From positions 540,001 to 572,000 of the forward strand of contig NZ_AP014945.1 of the NCBI RefSeq assembly GCF_001548275.1: a DNA stretch of 32,000 nucleotides, in the 5' to 3' direction. The notes beneath the pieces are model-generated. The model saw only the letters and a program-made list of their open reading frames with translations, made no database searches and was not told the origin of the DNA. Shown here piece after piece: positions 23,946 to 32,000 of this stretch (the stretch's first letter is position 1; each line of letters starts with the position of its first letter). The position numbers and the translations under genes are program-made. The stretch comes from Caldimicrobium thiodismutans. Its GTDB lineage: Bacteria > Desulfobacterota > Thermodesulfobacteria > Thermodesulfobacteriales > Thermodesulfobacteriaceae.

Positions 23946-23994
23946 AAAAAAAAGAGAGTAGAAAAGATCAAAAAAAATTTTATACTTTTACTAA

Positions 23995-24903
23995 ATGGTT
24001 CGACCCTGCTTGTTAATTAGCAGATGCTTTTTTGAAGAGGTTAGATATGATGGGGGAAAAATTGTTGATCCCCTGGTTGAGAAATTAAAACCCTTTATTG
24101 AGGCTATACCCTTTTGCCCAGAGGCAGAGTTTGGTCTCGGTATCCCAAGGCCAAAAATTAGAGTTCTAAAAAAATATAACCAAAGGATCATCTGGCAGGA
24201 GGATACCAGAAGAGACTTAACCTTTGAGATGAGGAATTTTTTTATTCAATATCTTGCTTCTCTTTCCCAGATAGATGGAGCCCTTCTTAAGAGTAAATCC
24301 CCCTCTTGCGGAGTAGGTACAGCTACGCTTTATGAGGATGATAAAAAAGTTGGGAAAACAGATGGACTTTTTGCTCACATCTTTAAAAAAGTCTTTCCTG
24401 ATTTACCTCTTGAAGACGAAGGCAGACTCAGAGATAAAAGCCTTTATTATAATTTTTTGACAAGAATTTTTATCCTGAGCCGTTTTAGAGTAGAGGTCAA
24501 AATTGAGAATCCTAAGAGCCTTCTTGATTTTCATACAAGGGCAAAGTTTCTCCTCAAAACCTATCATGAGGAATTAACTAAGGAAATGGGTAGACTTCTT
24601 GCGCGAGCAGAATCAGAAGAGGGTAAGTTTTTACATTATGAAACTTTATTAAAAGAAGCTTTAAAGAAAAGACCTGATAGAAAGAAACATGCCAATACTT
24701 TATATCACCTGGCAGGTTATTTCACTAAAAGGATAAGTCCTAAGGAAAGACATCATCTCATACATTTAATTGAAAAATTTGGACTTGGAAAAGTTGATTT
24801 ACATGTGCCTTTGGAACTAATTAAAAGTTTTGCGCTTAGATTTGATGAGAATTATATATTAAGTCAAATTTATTTAGAACCCTTTCCAGCTGAGCTTTAT
24901 TAA
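23995..24903 (+). CDS. DUF523 (TudS-like 2-thiouracil desulfurase fold) + DUF1722 fusion protein, YbgA-like
   Basis: The N-terminus CLLISRCFFEEVRYDGG resembles the DUF523 start CLLG..CRYDG, with further Cys at FCPE and SPSCGV. The C-terminal helical half fits the YbgA-type DUF1722 region. 302 aa. Confidence 0.65.
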   Translation: MVRPCLLISRCFFEEVRYDGGKIVDPLVEKLKPFIEAIPFCPEAEFGLGIPRPKIRVLKKYNQRIIWQEDTRRDLTFEMRNFFIQYLASLSQIDGALLKSKSPSCGVGTATLYEDDKKVGKTDGLFAHIFKKVFPDLPLEDEGRLRDKSLYYNFLTRIFILSRFRVEVKIENPKSLLDFHTRAKFLLKTYHEELTKEMGRLLARAESEEGKFLHYETLLKEALKKRPDRKKHANTLYHLAGYFTKRISPKERHHLIHLIEKFGLGKVDLHVPLELIKSFALRFDENYILSQIYLEPFPAELY

Positions 24904-24906
24904 GGG

Positions 24907-25110
24907 TTAGTTCTCTAAAAATTCAACCCTAAAATCCTGTAAAATCTCTTGAACTAATTCTTTTTCCTTGGGATAAAAGGATATTGTGCAAAAACCCTTA
25001 TGAGGATCAAGAATTGTAAGAATAGCTAAGTGATCATAACCCTCAAGAATGAATTTGAGAAAGGCAATTTTAGATGGCTCTATAATAAATTTAAATAAAC
25101 TTCCCTTCAC
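24907..25110 (-). CDS. small DUF4911-like protein (67 aa)
   Basis: IAFLKFILEGYDHLAILTILDP resembles the core of DUF4911 proteins as I recall it. GTG start with no clear SD. Begins 14 nt after the csp terminator hairpin. Confidence 0.45.
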   Translation of the reverse strand: MKGSLFKFIIEPSKIAFLKFILEGYDHLAILTILDPHKGFCTISFYPKEKELVQEILQDFRVEFLEN

Positions 25111-25120
25111 ATGGATATGG

Positions 25121-25148
25121 AAAAGGGAAGAGGCCTTAGCCTCTTCCC
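25121..25148 (-). terminator. rho-independent terminator downstream of csp
   Basis: Perfect 10-bp GC-rich stem GGGAAGAGGC / GCCTCTTCCC with a 4-nt loop (25125-25148), followed on the minus strand by TTTT (25121-24). Lies 22 nt after the csp stop. Confidence 0.65.
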
Positions 25149-25170
25149 TGAATTGTCAGGTTAAGAATTA

Positions 25171-25419
25171 CTAAGCTTCTCTTGTCCTTGCCCTTCTTGA
25201 ATTCTGGGGATTTCCAGCATCAATTACCTTTACTTTTGATGCCTGTTCTCCCTTGGGCCCTTGAATGACCTCAAACTCAACAGTTTGACCTTCTCTGAGG
25301 GTTTTAAAGCCCGGCATGTCAATGGCTGAAAAATGCACAAAGACATCACCACCCTCATCCTTAGAGATGAACCCATACCCCTTCTTCTCATCAAACCACT
25401 TAACCTTACCTCTAAACAT
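25171..25419 (-). CDS. cold-shock domain protein with a short basic C-terminal tail
   Basis: The RNP1/RNP2 motifs KGYGFI and VFVHFS lie in [39 protein letters not shown]. The extra about 15 aa tail is [14 protein letters not shown]. Confidence 0.9.
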   Translation of the reverse strand: MFRGKVKWFDEKKGYGFISKDEGGDVFVHFSAIDMPGFKTLREGQTVEFEVIQGPKGEQASKVKVIDAGNPQNSRRARTREA

Positions 25420-25524
25420 GTTACTTAAACCTCCTTATGTTTGTTTCTTGAAAGGTAGATTACACCTAAAAAATTTTTTGTAAAGAGGGTAATAAAAAAA
25501 TTTTTTTATAATAAAATAAAAGGG

Positions 25525-26739
25525 ATGTTTTTGACCTTACCAGGTCCGTTAAAATATAAAGGTTTCAGACTTTTTATTACTGGTCATTTTCTATCTTTCA
25601 CAGGTTCTTGGATCCAAAATACTGCTCTCCAGTGGATAATTTACAATCTTCACCACTCTACAGGAGAACTTGGTCTTTTTAATTTTTTGACCACCTTTCC
25701 TACGATTTTTGTTACCCTTCTTGCAGGTTTCATAATTGACCGATTTAATCGCAAAAGACTTCTTCAATTACTCCTTATTCTTGCCCTTTTTCCCCCTTTG
25801 GTTTTGGGAATTTTGTTACATTTTGGAATTTATTTATTCTGGGCCTTTTTACTTCTATCTTTTTTAGCCTCTGTTCTTTCCTCTATAGATATGCCCTTAA
25901 GACAGGTTTTTATTAGTGAAATTGTTCCCCCTCAATATTTAACCAGAGCCTTATCTCTTCAGGCCTCTTCTTTTAACAGTGCCCGTATGCTTGGGCCTGC
26001 TTTGGCAGGTTTTATAATGCAAATTTTTCCCATAAGTATATGTTTTTTTATCAACTTTATCAGTTATTTACCACTTTTTATCTTTACCTTTTGGATTAAA
26101 ACCTCAGAAGATTTTTCAAGAAAATCTGAAAAATTTAATGTAATTAAGGAATTAAAACATTTTTTGAAATTTTTGACAGAAAATCTTGAATTTTCATTAA
26201 TTTTGCTCCTTACAGCGTCTTTTACTTTTTTTGCAACTTCTATTATAATATTGTTACCAATGCTAACTTTTAAAATTTTACAGGGCTCAGCCAAAGAATT
26301 TGCCCTTCTTTCATCAGGCGTTGGAATAGGCGCTATAATGGGAGCTTTTTTCCTATTTCTTAAAAAAGAAATACCCTCTAAGATTTTTCATTTATTGAAA
26401 GCTCATGCCTTTTGGTTAACTGGTCTCCTAATTTTAACTTTTGCTAATACTTTTCCAACATATTTTATTAGTGTTATGCTTATAGGATTTTCATTTACCA
26501 ACTTTTATCCTGTTGTAAATTCCTTTCTTCAAGAGAGATCTCCATCTGAATTAAGAGGAAAGGTGATGAGTCTTTTTTCAGTTGCCTTTCTCGGTATGGC
26601 ACCTCTGGGACAAATTTCCATAGGATATATGGTTGAAATTTTGAATTATAAGGTTTTAATGATGGTATGGATTTTTTTAATTTTTATAGTAAATATGCCA
26701 ATATTGTTTATCCTTAAAAATAAGGAAAAAAATGTCTGA
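25525..26739 (+). CDS. MFS transporter (MFS_3 / EntS-like family)
   Basis: 404 aa with about 12 TM helices. The N-terminus FRLFITGHFLSFTGSWIQNTALQWIIY and the loop motif DRFNRKRLL are typical of this MFS subfamily. Confidence 0.75.
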   Translation: MFLTLPGPLKYKGFRLFITGHFLSFTGSWIQNTALQWIIYNLHHSTGELGLFNFLTTFPTIFVTLLAGFIIDRFNRKRLLQLLLILALFPPLVLGILLHFGIYLFWAFLLLSFLASVLSSIDMPLRQVFISEIVPPQYLTRALSLQASSFNSARMLGPALAGFIMQIFPISICFFINFISYLPLFIFTFWIKTSEDFSRKSEKFNVIKELKHFLKFLTENLEFSLILLLTASFTFFATSIIILLPMLTFKILQGSAKEFALLSSGVGIGAIMGAFFLFLKKEIPSKIFHLLKAHAFWLTGLLILTFANTFPTYFISVMLIGFSFTNFYPVVNSFLQERSPSELRGKVMSLFSVAFLGMAPLGQISIGYMVEILNYKVLMMVWIFLIFIVNMPILFILKNKEKNV

Positions 26740-28453
26740 TCTAATTCTTAAGGCTCTTGATAATTTGGATAATCCTATTCTTATATTGAATAAAGGAACA
26801 GGGAAGATAGTCTATCATAATTCTAAGGCAAAATCTCTTCTTGATGAAATAGAAAGACAGGGGATTTGCCTAAAAATGGATCTTTTTCAGGAAAAAAAAA
26901 TCCTTTTAACTATTGATTATCCAGTTCCCCTTATTTACTTTGGAACTTGTAAATTTCTGGATGATGAAAATATTTTAATTTCTTTTCAGGAATTTAGAAA
27001 GGATAAACCCTTTTCAGGTTTTCTTTTTGAGTTGCTTGAGGCCCTTCCAGTTTTAATATTTTTTTTGAAAGAGGATAAAATAATTTATGTTAATAGATTT
27101 GTAGAGACCCTTCTGGGATATCCAAGAGAAGAAGTAATAGGTAAGAGTTTAATAAAAGATCTTATCTGGGAGCTTGATAGACCTAAAGCAGAAGCGCATT
27201 GTAAAAAGGTTATGAAGGGGATTAGAGAAGAAGGAGTAATTTTTGCCCTTCAAGATAAATATGGAAGAATACGCAATTTTATATGGAATTGCTTTCTAAC
27301 TCAGGATTGGGAGGGTGATCCTATTGTAATTTCCATTGCCTCAGATATTTCTGAATTACTTGAGCTCTCTCAAAAAATAGAAAAAATTCACAAGACCCAG
27401 ACCTTTTCTGAATTTTTAAGGGGACTTGTGCATGATTTTAATAATGTTCTTCACACTATTCAAAGTTATCTGAAGGAACTTCGCTCTGCTCCGGTTAGTA
27501 AGATGGAAGGCCTTCTTTCCTCTATTGAAAAAACAATTTTTTCTTGGATTGATTTAAATAGAATATTATTGGATTATACCAAGGAAAGCCGAGAGATAAG
27601 ACAGAAAAGAATTGACATAATTAATTTCTTTAAAGAAAACCTTGAAACCTTTCAACTGATTTTAGGAGACAATATTCAACTTTATCTTGATCTCGGATAT
27701 TATAAGAGCCTTTTTACTCTTGGAGATTCTGCTTTCTGGCGATATATACTCTTAAATTTACTTTCCAATGCCAAAGATGCTATGGAAGGCAAAGGAGAAA
27801 TATATTTGTCTATAAGCACTTATGATGATCAAATAAATAATAAAAAGTATGTGAAGTTATCGATTCGAGATACAGGCCCAGGGATTCCAGAAGATGTGCT
27901 GTCTAAGATTTTTGAGCCTTTTTTTACTACTAAGGAGAAAGGCAGTGGTCTTGGCCTTTTTCTGGTAAATCACCATATTAAAAATTTAGAAGGCTTTATA
28001 GAGGTTGAAAGTGAATTAAATAAAGGAACCACCTTTTACCTTTATGTGCCCCTTGTTTCAGAGAAACCTCTTTGTCCAGAACCCACGGAAATCTCATTGA
28101 AGGATAAAGTCATTTATCTTGTTGAGGATGAAGATGAAATTAGAGAATCCCTTAAAGTAGTATTAACAGAAAAGGGGGCTCGAGTCTTTGCTTTTGGGAA
28201 AGGAGAAGACCTTATAAATAAACTATCTTTTCTTGAGAAGCCTGATGTGGCTTTAATTGATTTAAATTTGCCTGATATGGAGGGAAGGGAGGTGGTATTT
28301 AGCCTCAATGAGGTTTTTCCTCATGTAAGGGTGATTTATATCACAGGTGATGTATTTATTTTATCCGAAATCCCTGAGGAAAGGGTCCTTTTAAAACCCT
28401 TTAAGATAGAGGATCTTTGCAGGAAAATTTCCTCTCTTTTAAATGAAGGATAA
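26732..28453 (+). CDS. PAS-domain hybrid sensor histidine kinase with C-terminal receiver domain
   Basis: PAS-like segments are followed by the H-box [13 protein letters not shown] and the HATPase motifs ([39 protein letters not shown]). REC reads IYLVEDEDE...[11 protein letters not shown]...LLKPF. No TM segment is evident, so it is probably cytoplasmic. Confidence 0.85.
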   Translation: MSDLILKALDNLDNPILILNKGTGKIVYHNSKAKSLLDEIERQGICLKMDLFQEKKILLTIDYPVPLIYFGTCKFLDDENILISFQEFRKDKPFSGFLFELLEALPVLIFFLKEDKIIYVNRFVETLLGYPREEVIGKSLIKDLIWELDRPKAEAHCKKVMKGIREEGVIFALQDKYGRIRNFIWNCFLTQDWEGDPIVISIASDISELLELSQKIEKIHKTQTFSEFLRGLVHDFNNVLHTIQSYLKELRSAPVSKMEGLLSSIEKTIFSWIDLNRILLDYTKESREIRQKRIDIINFFKENLETFQLILGDNIQLYLDLGYYKSLFTLGDSAFWRYILLNLLSNAKDAMEGKGEIYLSISTYDDQINNKKYVKLSIRDTGPGIPEDVLSKIFEPFFTTKEKGSGLGLFLVNHHIKNLEGFIEVESELNKGTTFYLYVPLVSEKPLCPEPTEISLKDKVIYLVEDEDEIRESLKVVLTEKGARVFAFGKGEDLINKLSFLEKPDVALIDLNLPDMEGREVVFSLNEVFPHVRVIYITGDVFILSEIPEERVLLKPFKIEDLCRKISSLLNEG

Positions 28454-29348
28454 GGTTGAAGATTTTTTAAAGTTTTTAGAAGTAGAAAAAAATTATTCAT
28501 CCCAGACCTTAAGGGCTTATAAAGTTGATCTATTGCAATTTCTTGAGTTTCTTAATCAGTCTAAGCAGACTCTCCAAGATGTAAGCCCCTTTATCTTAAA
28601 AATTTATATATTGGAATTAAAGAAAAAGGGACTTAAGGCCTCAAGTCTTACAAGAAAAATAAGTGCCCTTAAGAGTTTCTTTAAATTTCTATCTCAAAGG
28701 GGTGAGGTTAATAAGACTTTTTTCTTAAAGATAAATACTGGTAGAGTCAGAAGCCCTTTGCCTGAAGTGCCTTTTGAAGAGGAACTCAACCAAATGCTTG
28801 ACAGTCTTGAAGGAGAAGATTTTGTCAGGCTTAGAACGAGGGCTATTCTTGAGCTCCTTTATGCAACAGGACTTAGAGTTTCTGAGGCTTCCAGCCTAAG
28901 ACTTGAAGACTTATCCCTTGCTTCTTGTCTTCTCAGAGCCAAAGGTAAAGGTGGAAAGGAAAGGGTGCTTCCTATTGGAAAAAAGGCCTTGAGTGTGCTA
29001 ACTAAGTATTTAGAAAAAAGGGAGTTACTCCTTAAGAAATTAAAAAAAGAAAGTCCCTATCTTTTTATCAATCAGAGGGGTGGAAAACTCTCTGAGAGAT
29101 GGATCTTTGAGCTAATTAAAAAAGAGGGAATGCGCTATGGTCTTTTCAAGCTTCATCCTCATGCCTTAAGACATGCCTTTGCCACCCACCTTCTCAATGC
29201 TGGCATGGATTTACGCTCTATTCAAGAGCTTTTAGGACATAGCTCCCTTGCAACTACCCAGAAATACACTAAGGTCCAGTATGAATATCTTCTGCAAAAT
29301 TATCTCAAAGCCCATCCCCGGGCTAATTCAAAAAAATCTTCCCCTTAG
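28443..29348 (+). CDS. tyrosine recombinase, XerC/XerD family
   Basis: The N-terminal SAM-like domain is FLEVEKNYSSQTLRAYKVDL. Catalytic residues are ATGLRVSE (R), HALRHAFATHLL (HxxR) and LGHSSLATTQKYT (H...Y). I cannot discriminate XerC from XerD by eye. Confidence 0.85.
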   Translation: MKDKVEDFLKFLEVEKNYSSQTLRAYKVDLLQFLEFLNQSKQTLQDVSPFILKIYILELKKKGLKASSLTRKISALKSFFKFLSQRGEVNKTFFLKINTGRVRSPLPEVPFEEELNQMLDSLEGEDFVRLRTRAILELLYATGLRVSEASSLRLEDLSLASCLLRAKGKGGKERVLPIGKKALSVLTKYLEKRELLLKKLKKESPYLFINQRGGKLSERWIFELIKKEGMRYGLFKLHPHALRHAFATHLLNAGMDLRSIQELLGHSSLATTQKYTKVQYEYLLQNYLKAHPRANSKKSSP

Positions 29349-29741
29349 ACCCGTATTGCCTCATTTAATTTTCTAAAGGAAATTATTTTACCTCCCCCTC
29401 CTTTTTATGGTCAATTTTTTCCCCGATAATAATTCCCTTTTTTCTCTAAATATGCTCTCTCAAGCATTTTCTGATATATCCTTATCTTTCTTCAAAGCTT
29501 CTTTACCTTTCAACCAACTCTTTCCCTTGAAATAAGCTTTGCGAAAGAACTAAGCTTGCAAATTTAAGAGGGACGAAATAGATAGTTTTTTGTGAAGGTT
29601 AAATAGAAGGGCTAAATTGCAGGTGATTTTTTATGAGGCAACGATAAAATTTCAAATAGATTTTTAATGAGGCAATTTGAGACCTTGGAAAAGCCTTTTT
29701 TAGGAATAAAATAGAGGAAAATTTTGGGGAGGAAGAGGGAG

Positions 29742-31235
29742 ATGCTTGAGGAATCTCAGATAATCAAAGCGCGTTATGAAAAATTGGAGAAGCTTTTGCA
29801 AATGGGAATTAATCCCTATCCAAATGATTTTAAACCTAAGGATCGGGCTAAATATATCAAAGAAAGATATGGTGAATTAAGCCCTGAGGAGCTTGAAAGA
29901 CATAAGGCCCTCTTTTCTGTCGCAGGAAGAATGGTAGCTAAGAGAGAGATGGGAAAGCTAATCTTTTCCCATCTTCAAGATGAGACAGATCGCATTCAGG
30001 TTCTCTTTGCTAAAAACGAACTTTCCTCGGAGACCTTTGACTTTGTAAAAAAATTCCTTGACCTTGGCGATATTGTTGGAATTGTGGGAAGGGTGATGAA
30101 GACCAAAACTGGAGAAATTACCCTTCTTGCAAAAGAGGTGAGGCTTCTTACCAAGTCTTTGAGGCCTTTACCTGAAAAATTTCATGGCTTACGAGATGTA
30201 GAGCTTCGTTATCGTATGAGATATCTGGATCTCATTATGAATCCAAAGGTAAAAGAAATCTTTCGCACAAGAACTCGGATTATTCAATATATTCGAGATT
30301 ATCTAATCTCTGAGGGATTTCTTGAGGTAGAAACCCCTATGATGCAGCCCATCGTTGGGGGAGCAACAGCTAAACCCTTTGTAACTCATCACAATGCCTT
30401 GGATATGAATCTTTACCTGCGTATTGCCCCAGAACTTTATTTAAAGAGGCTACTTGTGGGTGGTTTTGAAAGGGTCTTTGAATTAAACCGCAACTTTAGA
30501 AATGAGGGTGTTTCAAGCAGGCACAATCCTGAGTTTACCATGCTTGAATTTTACGAGGCCTATGCGACTTATGAAGATCTTATAAGGAGAACAGAAGAAA
30601 TTTTTTATGGTTTGGCCATAGATTTAATTGGTTCGCCAGGCCTTGAATACCAAGGAGAGACTATTGATTTTACTCCCCCCTTTAGAAGACTTCATTTTCT
30701 TGAATCACTTGTCTCCTTAGGTGGAGTGCCAAGGGAAATCCTTGGAGATAGAGACAAACTCCTCAATTTTTCAAAGGAAAAAGGGATAGAGCTAAATGTG
30801 AAAGACCCAAGAATTGGAAAGTGGTGGACGAAACTTTTTGAAGAGCTTGTTGAGCCAAAACTTATTCAGCCAACCTTTGTGCTGGAATATCCGATTGAGG
30901 TCTCTCCCCTTGCCAGAAGGAGTGACAAAAATCCAGAGGTAGCGGAGAGATTTGAGCTCTATATCGGAGGTAAAGAAGTAGCTAACGCCTTTTCAGAGCT
31001 TAATGATCCAAGGGATCAGAAGGAGCGCTTTGAGGCCCAGTTAAGGCTTCGAGATGTAGATGAAGAGATTCCTCCTGAAGTAGATTACGATTTTATTCGG
31101 GCCTTAGAATATGGGCTTCCCCCTTGCGCAGGTGAAGGTATAGGTATTGATAGAGTGGTTATGCTATTTACTGATTCACCTTCCATTCGAGAGGTTATTC
31201 TTTTTCCTCATCTGAGACGCAGAGAGGATTTGTGA
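29742..31235 (+). CDS. lysS: lysine--tRNA ligase, class II
   Basis: OB-fold anticodon-binding region, class II motif 2 (FRNEGVSSRHNPEFTMLEFY) and motif 3 (GEGIGIDRVVMLFT). ATG 29742, preceded by GGGGAGGAAGAGGG, is preferred over the track TTG at 29724. Confidence 0.93.
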   Translation: MLEESQIIKARYEKLEKLLQMGINPYPNDFKPKDRAKYIKERYGELSPEELERHKALFSVAGRMVAKREMGKLIFSHLQDETDRIQVLFAKNELSSETFDFVKKFLDLGDIVGIVGRVMKTKTGEITLLAKEVRLLTKSLRPLPEKFHGLRDVELRYRMRYLDLIMNPKVKEIFRTRTRIIQYIRDYLISEGFLEVETPMMQPIVGGATAKPFVTHHNALDMNLYLRIAPELYLKRLLVGGFERVFELNRNFRNEGVSSRHNPEFTMLEFYEAYATYEDLIRRTEEIFYGLAIDLIGSPGLEYQGETIDFTPPFRRLHFLESLVSLGGVPREILGDRDKLLNFSKEKGIELNVKDPRIGKWWTKLFEELVEPKLIQPTFVLEYPIEVSPLARRSDKNPEVAERFELYIGGKEVANAFSELNDPRDQKERFEAQLRLRDVDEEIPPEVDYDFIRALEYGLPPCAGEGIGIDRVVMLFTDSPSIREVILFPHLRRREDL

Positions 31236-32000
31236 GAAAATTTTTGTCCTGGGAACTCTGGTTAGCCTTAAGATACATTATATCTCCCAAAAGGGAGAGA
31301 TTTACCGGTATTATAACCCTGATTGCTATAATAGGGGTCATCCTAAGTGTTTCAGCTCTAACAATTGTAAATGCAGTTATAACAGGGTTTAAGGAAGTTG
31401 TGGCAGAAAAGATATTGAGCCTGAATCCCCATTTAAGCATCACTTTTTATTCTCCAGAAGAGGGGAGAAAACTTATTCATATTATAGAAAAAAGCATCCC
31501 TAAGGAAGATCTCAGGACCTTACAACTCGTCTCCACTCAGCAGGGGCTTATTGTAAAAGGGGGACAACCCGTTGGCATAATTTTAAAAGCAGTAGATCTT
31601 TCCCGTTACAGTAAGGAAAAGGGCTTTAAGTATTTTAGGTATGAGCTCTCTTCCAGGGAAGAAGGTGGAATCCCTGTCATTATTGGAGCACGATTAAGAG
31701 ATAAACTTGGGATTGCTCAAGGAGAAAGGCTTACCTATATTAGTATTGAAGGCTTTTATACACCCTTTGGTTTTTTCCCCAAAATAAATACCCTGGAAGT
31801 AATAGGTTTTTTTGAAACAGGAATTTATGATTACGATTTTAATCTCCTTTTCACTTCCTTTGATCTCTATACACAGAGAGTTACTCCGAGAAATTATTCC
31901 TTAGAGCTCAAATTAGGGGATCCCTTTAAATCTCAACATTATAAAACCATTCTTCAGAGAAATCTGGGTATAAGTTATTATATTCTTGACTGGCAAGAAT
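31232..32000 (+). CDS. lipoprotein-releasing system permease, LolC/LolE family (5' part; continues past right edge)
   Basis: Not in the track because it is edge-truncated. Hand translation from GTG 31232, which overlaps the lysS TGA as GTGA, gives VRKFLSWELWLALRYIISPKRERFTGIITLIAIIGVILSVSALTIVNAVITGF..., the typical LolC/E-FtsX N-terminus, followed by a periplasmic MacB-like domain. The frame is open to base 32000. Confidence 0.75.
   Translation, partial: MRKFLSWELWLALRYIISPKRERFTGIITLIAIIGVILSVSALTIVNAVITGFKEVVAEKILSLNPHLSITFYSPEEGRKLIHIIEKSIPKEDLRTLQLVSTQQGLIVKGGQPVGIILKAVDLSRYSKEKGFKYFRYELSSREEGGIPVIIGARLRDKLGIAQGERLTYISIEGFYTPFGFFPKINTLEVIGFFETGIYDYDFNLLFTSFDLYTQRVTPRNYSLELKLGDPFKSQHYKTILQRNLGISYYILDWQE

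Noticed and set aside
26064-28308. Track ORFs 26064..26294 (-) and 28114..28308 (-)
   Set aside because: They are antisense within the MFS and histidine kinase genes, with no independent support.
29349-29741. T-box leader or lysine riboswitch upstream of lysS
   Set aside because: I could not find the T-box core (AGGGTGGTACCGCG-like) or the conserved L-box helices by eye. This needs an Infernal scan before any claim.
29724-29741. TTG start at 29724 for lysS
   Set aside because: The purine-rich GGGGAGGAAGAGGG that would serve as the SD lies inside this extension. ATG 29742 fits standard spacing and typical LysS N-termini.
31195-31443. Track ORF 31195..31443 (-)
   Set aside because: It is antisense to the lysS end and lolC/E start. 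The plus-strand frame gives a clear LolC/E N-terminus.
1-32000. tRNA, rRNA, transposase, integron or prophage content
   Set aside because: None was recognised in the intergenic regions or ORF translations. The Xer-family recombinase has no flanking phage or IS genes and looks chromosomal.

Overview
Visibly AT-rich, densely packed chromosomal segment. Most genes have GGAGG-type ribosome-binding sites and many are linked by 1-20 nt overlaps. The proteins are rich in K, E, I and L, which looks thermophile-like. LptA/LptB and sigma-54 imply a diderm bacterium; a Thermodesulfobacteriota- or Aquificota-like origin is only a guess.

Gene content, left to right:
- Minus-strand operon lptA-lptB-rpoN-hpf-rapZ-rimI-gap, followed by a large unassigned ORF that runs off the left edge.
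- A VKOR-like/thioredoxin fusion and a MetE-fold gene.
- A stand-alone Lrp/AsnC RAM-domain gene plus an HNH endonuclease.
- Chemotaxis operon mcp-cheA-(DnaJ-like)-cheW.
- A long overlapping gene string leuC-MNT-HEPN-leuD-mazG-ABC ATPase-ABC permease-tatD.
- An isolated coiled-coil/PD-(D/E)XK nuclease-like gene.
- A YbgA-like (DUF523+DUF1722) gene, a DUF4911-like small gene and csp.
- MFS transporter, PAS hybrid histidine kinase and a Xer recombinase.
- lysS and the 5' part of a lolC/E-type permease.

No rRNA, tRNA, CRISPR array or transposase was recognised.

Most notable observations:
1. A modular intergenic repeat of about 200-320 bp occurs four times. It always has the same orientation relative to the downstream gene and ends in a TTGnnn-16-TATnnT promoter-like module.
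2. Two of those copies bracket the nuclease-like gene, whose product carries eight to nine near-identical 21-nt (RWEENNR) tandem repeats.
3. A HEPN/MNT toxin-antitoxin pair sits between leuC and leuD with overlapping stop and start codons.
4. A truncated-J-domain DnaJ paralog sits between cheA and cheW.
5. The chemoreceptor has a C-terminal CZB zinc-binding motif.

All calls come from reading the sequence and the supplied translations. No database search was run.
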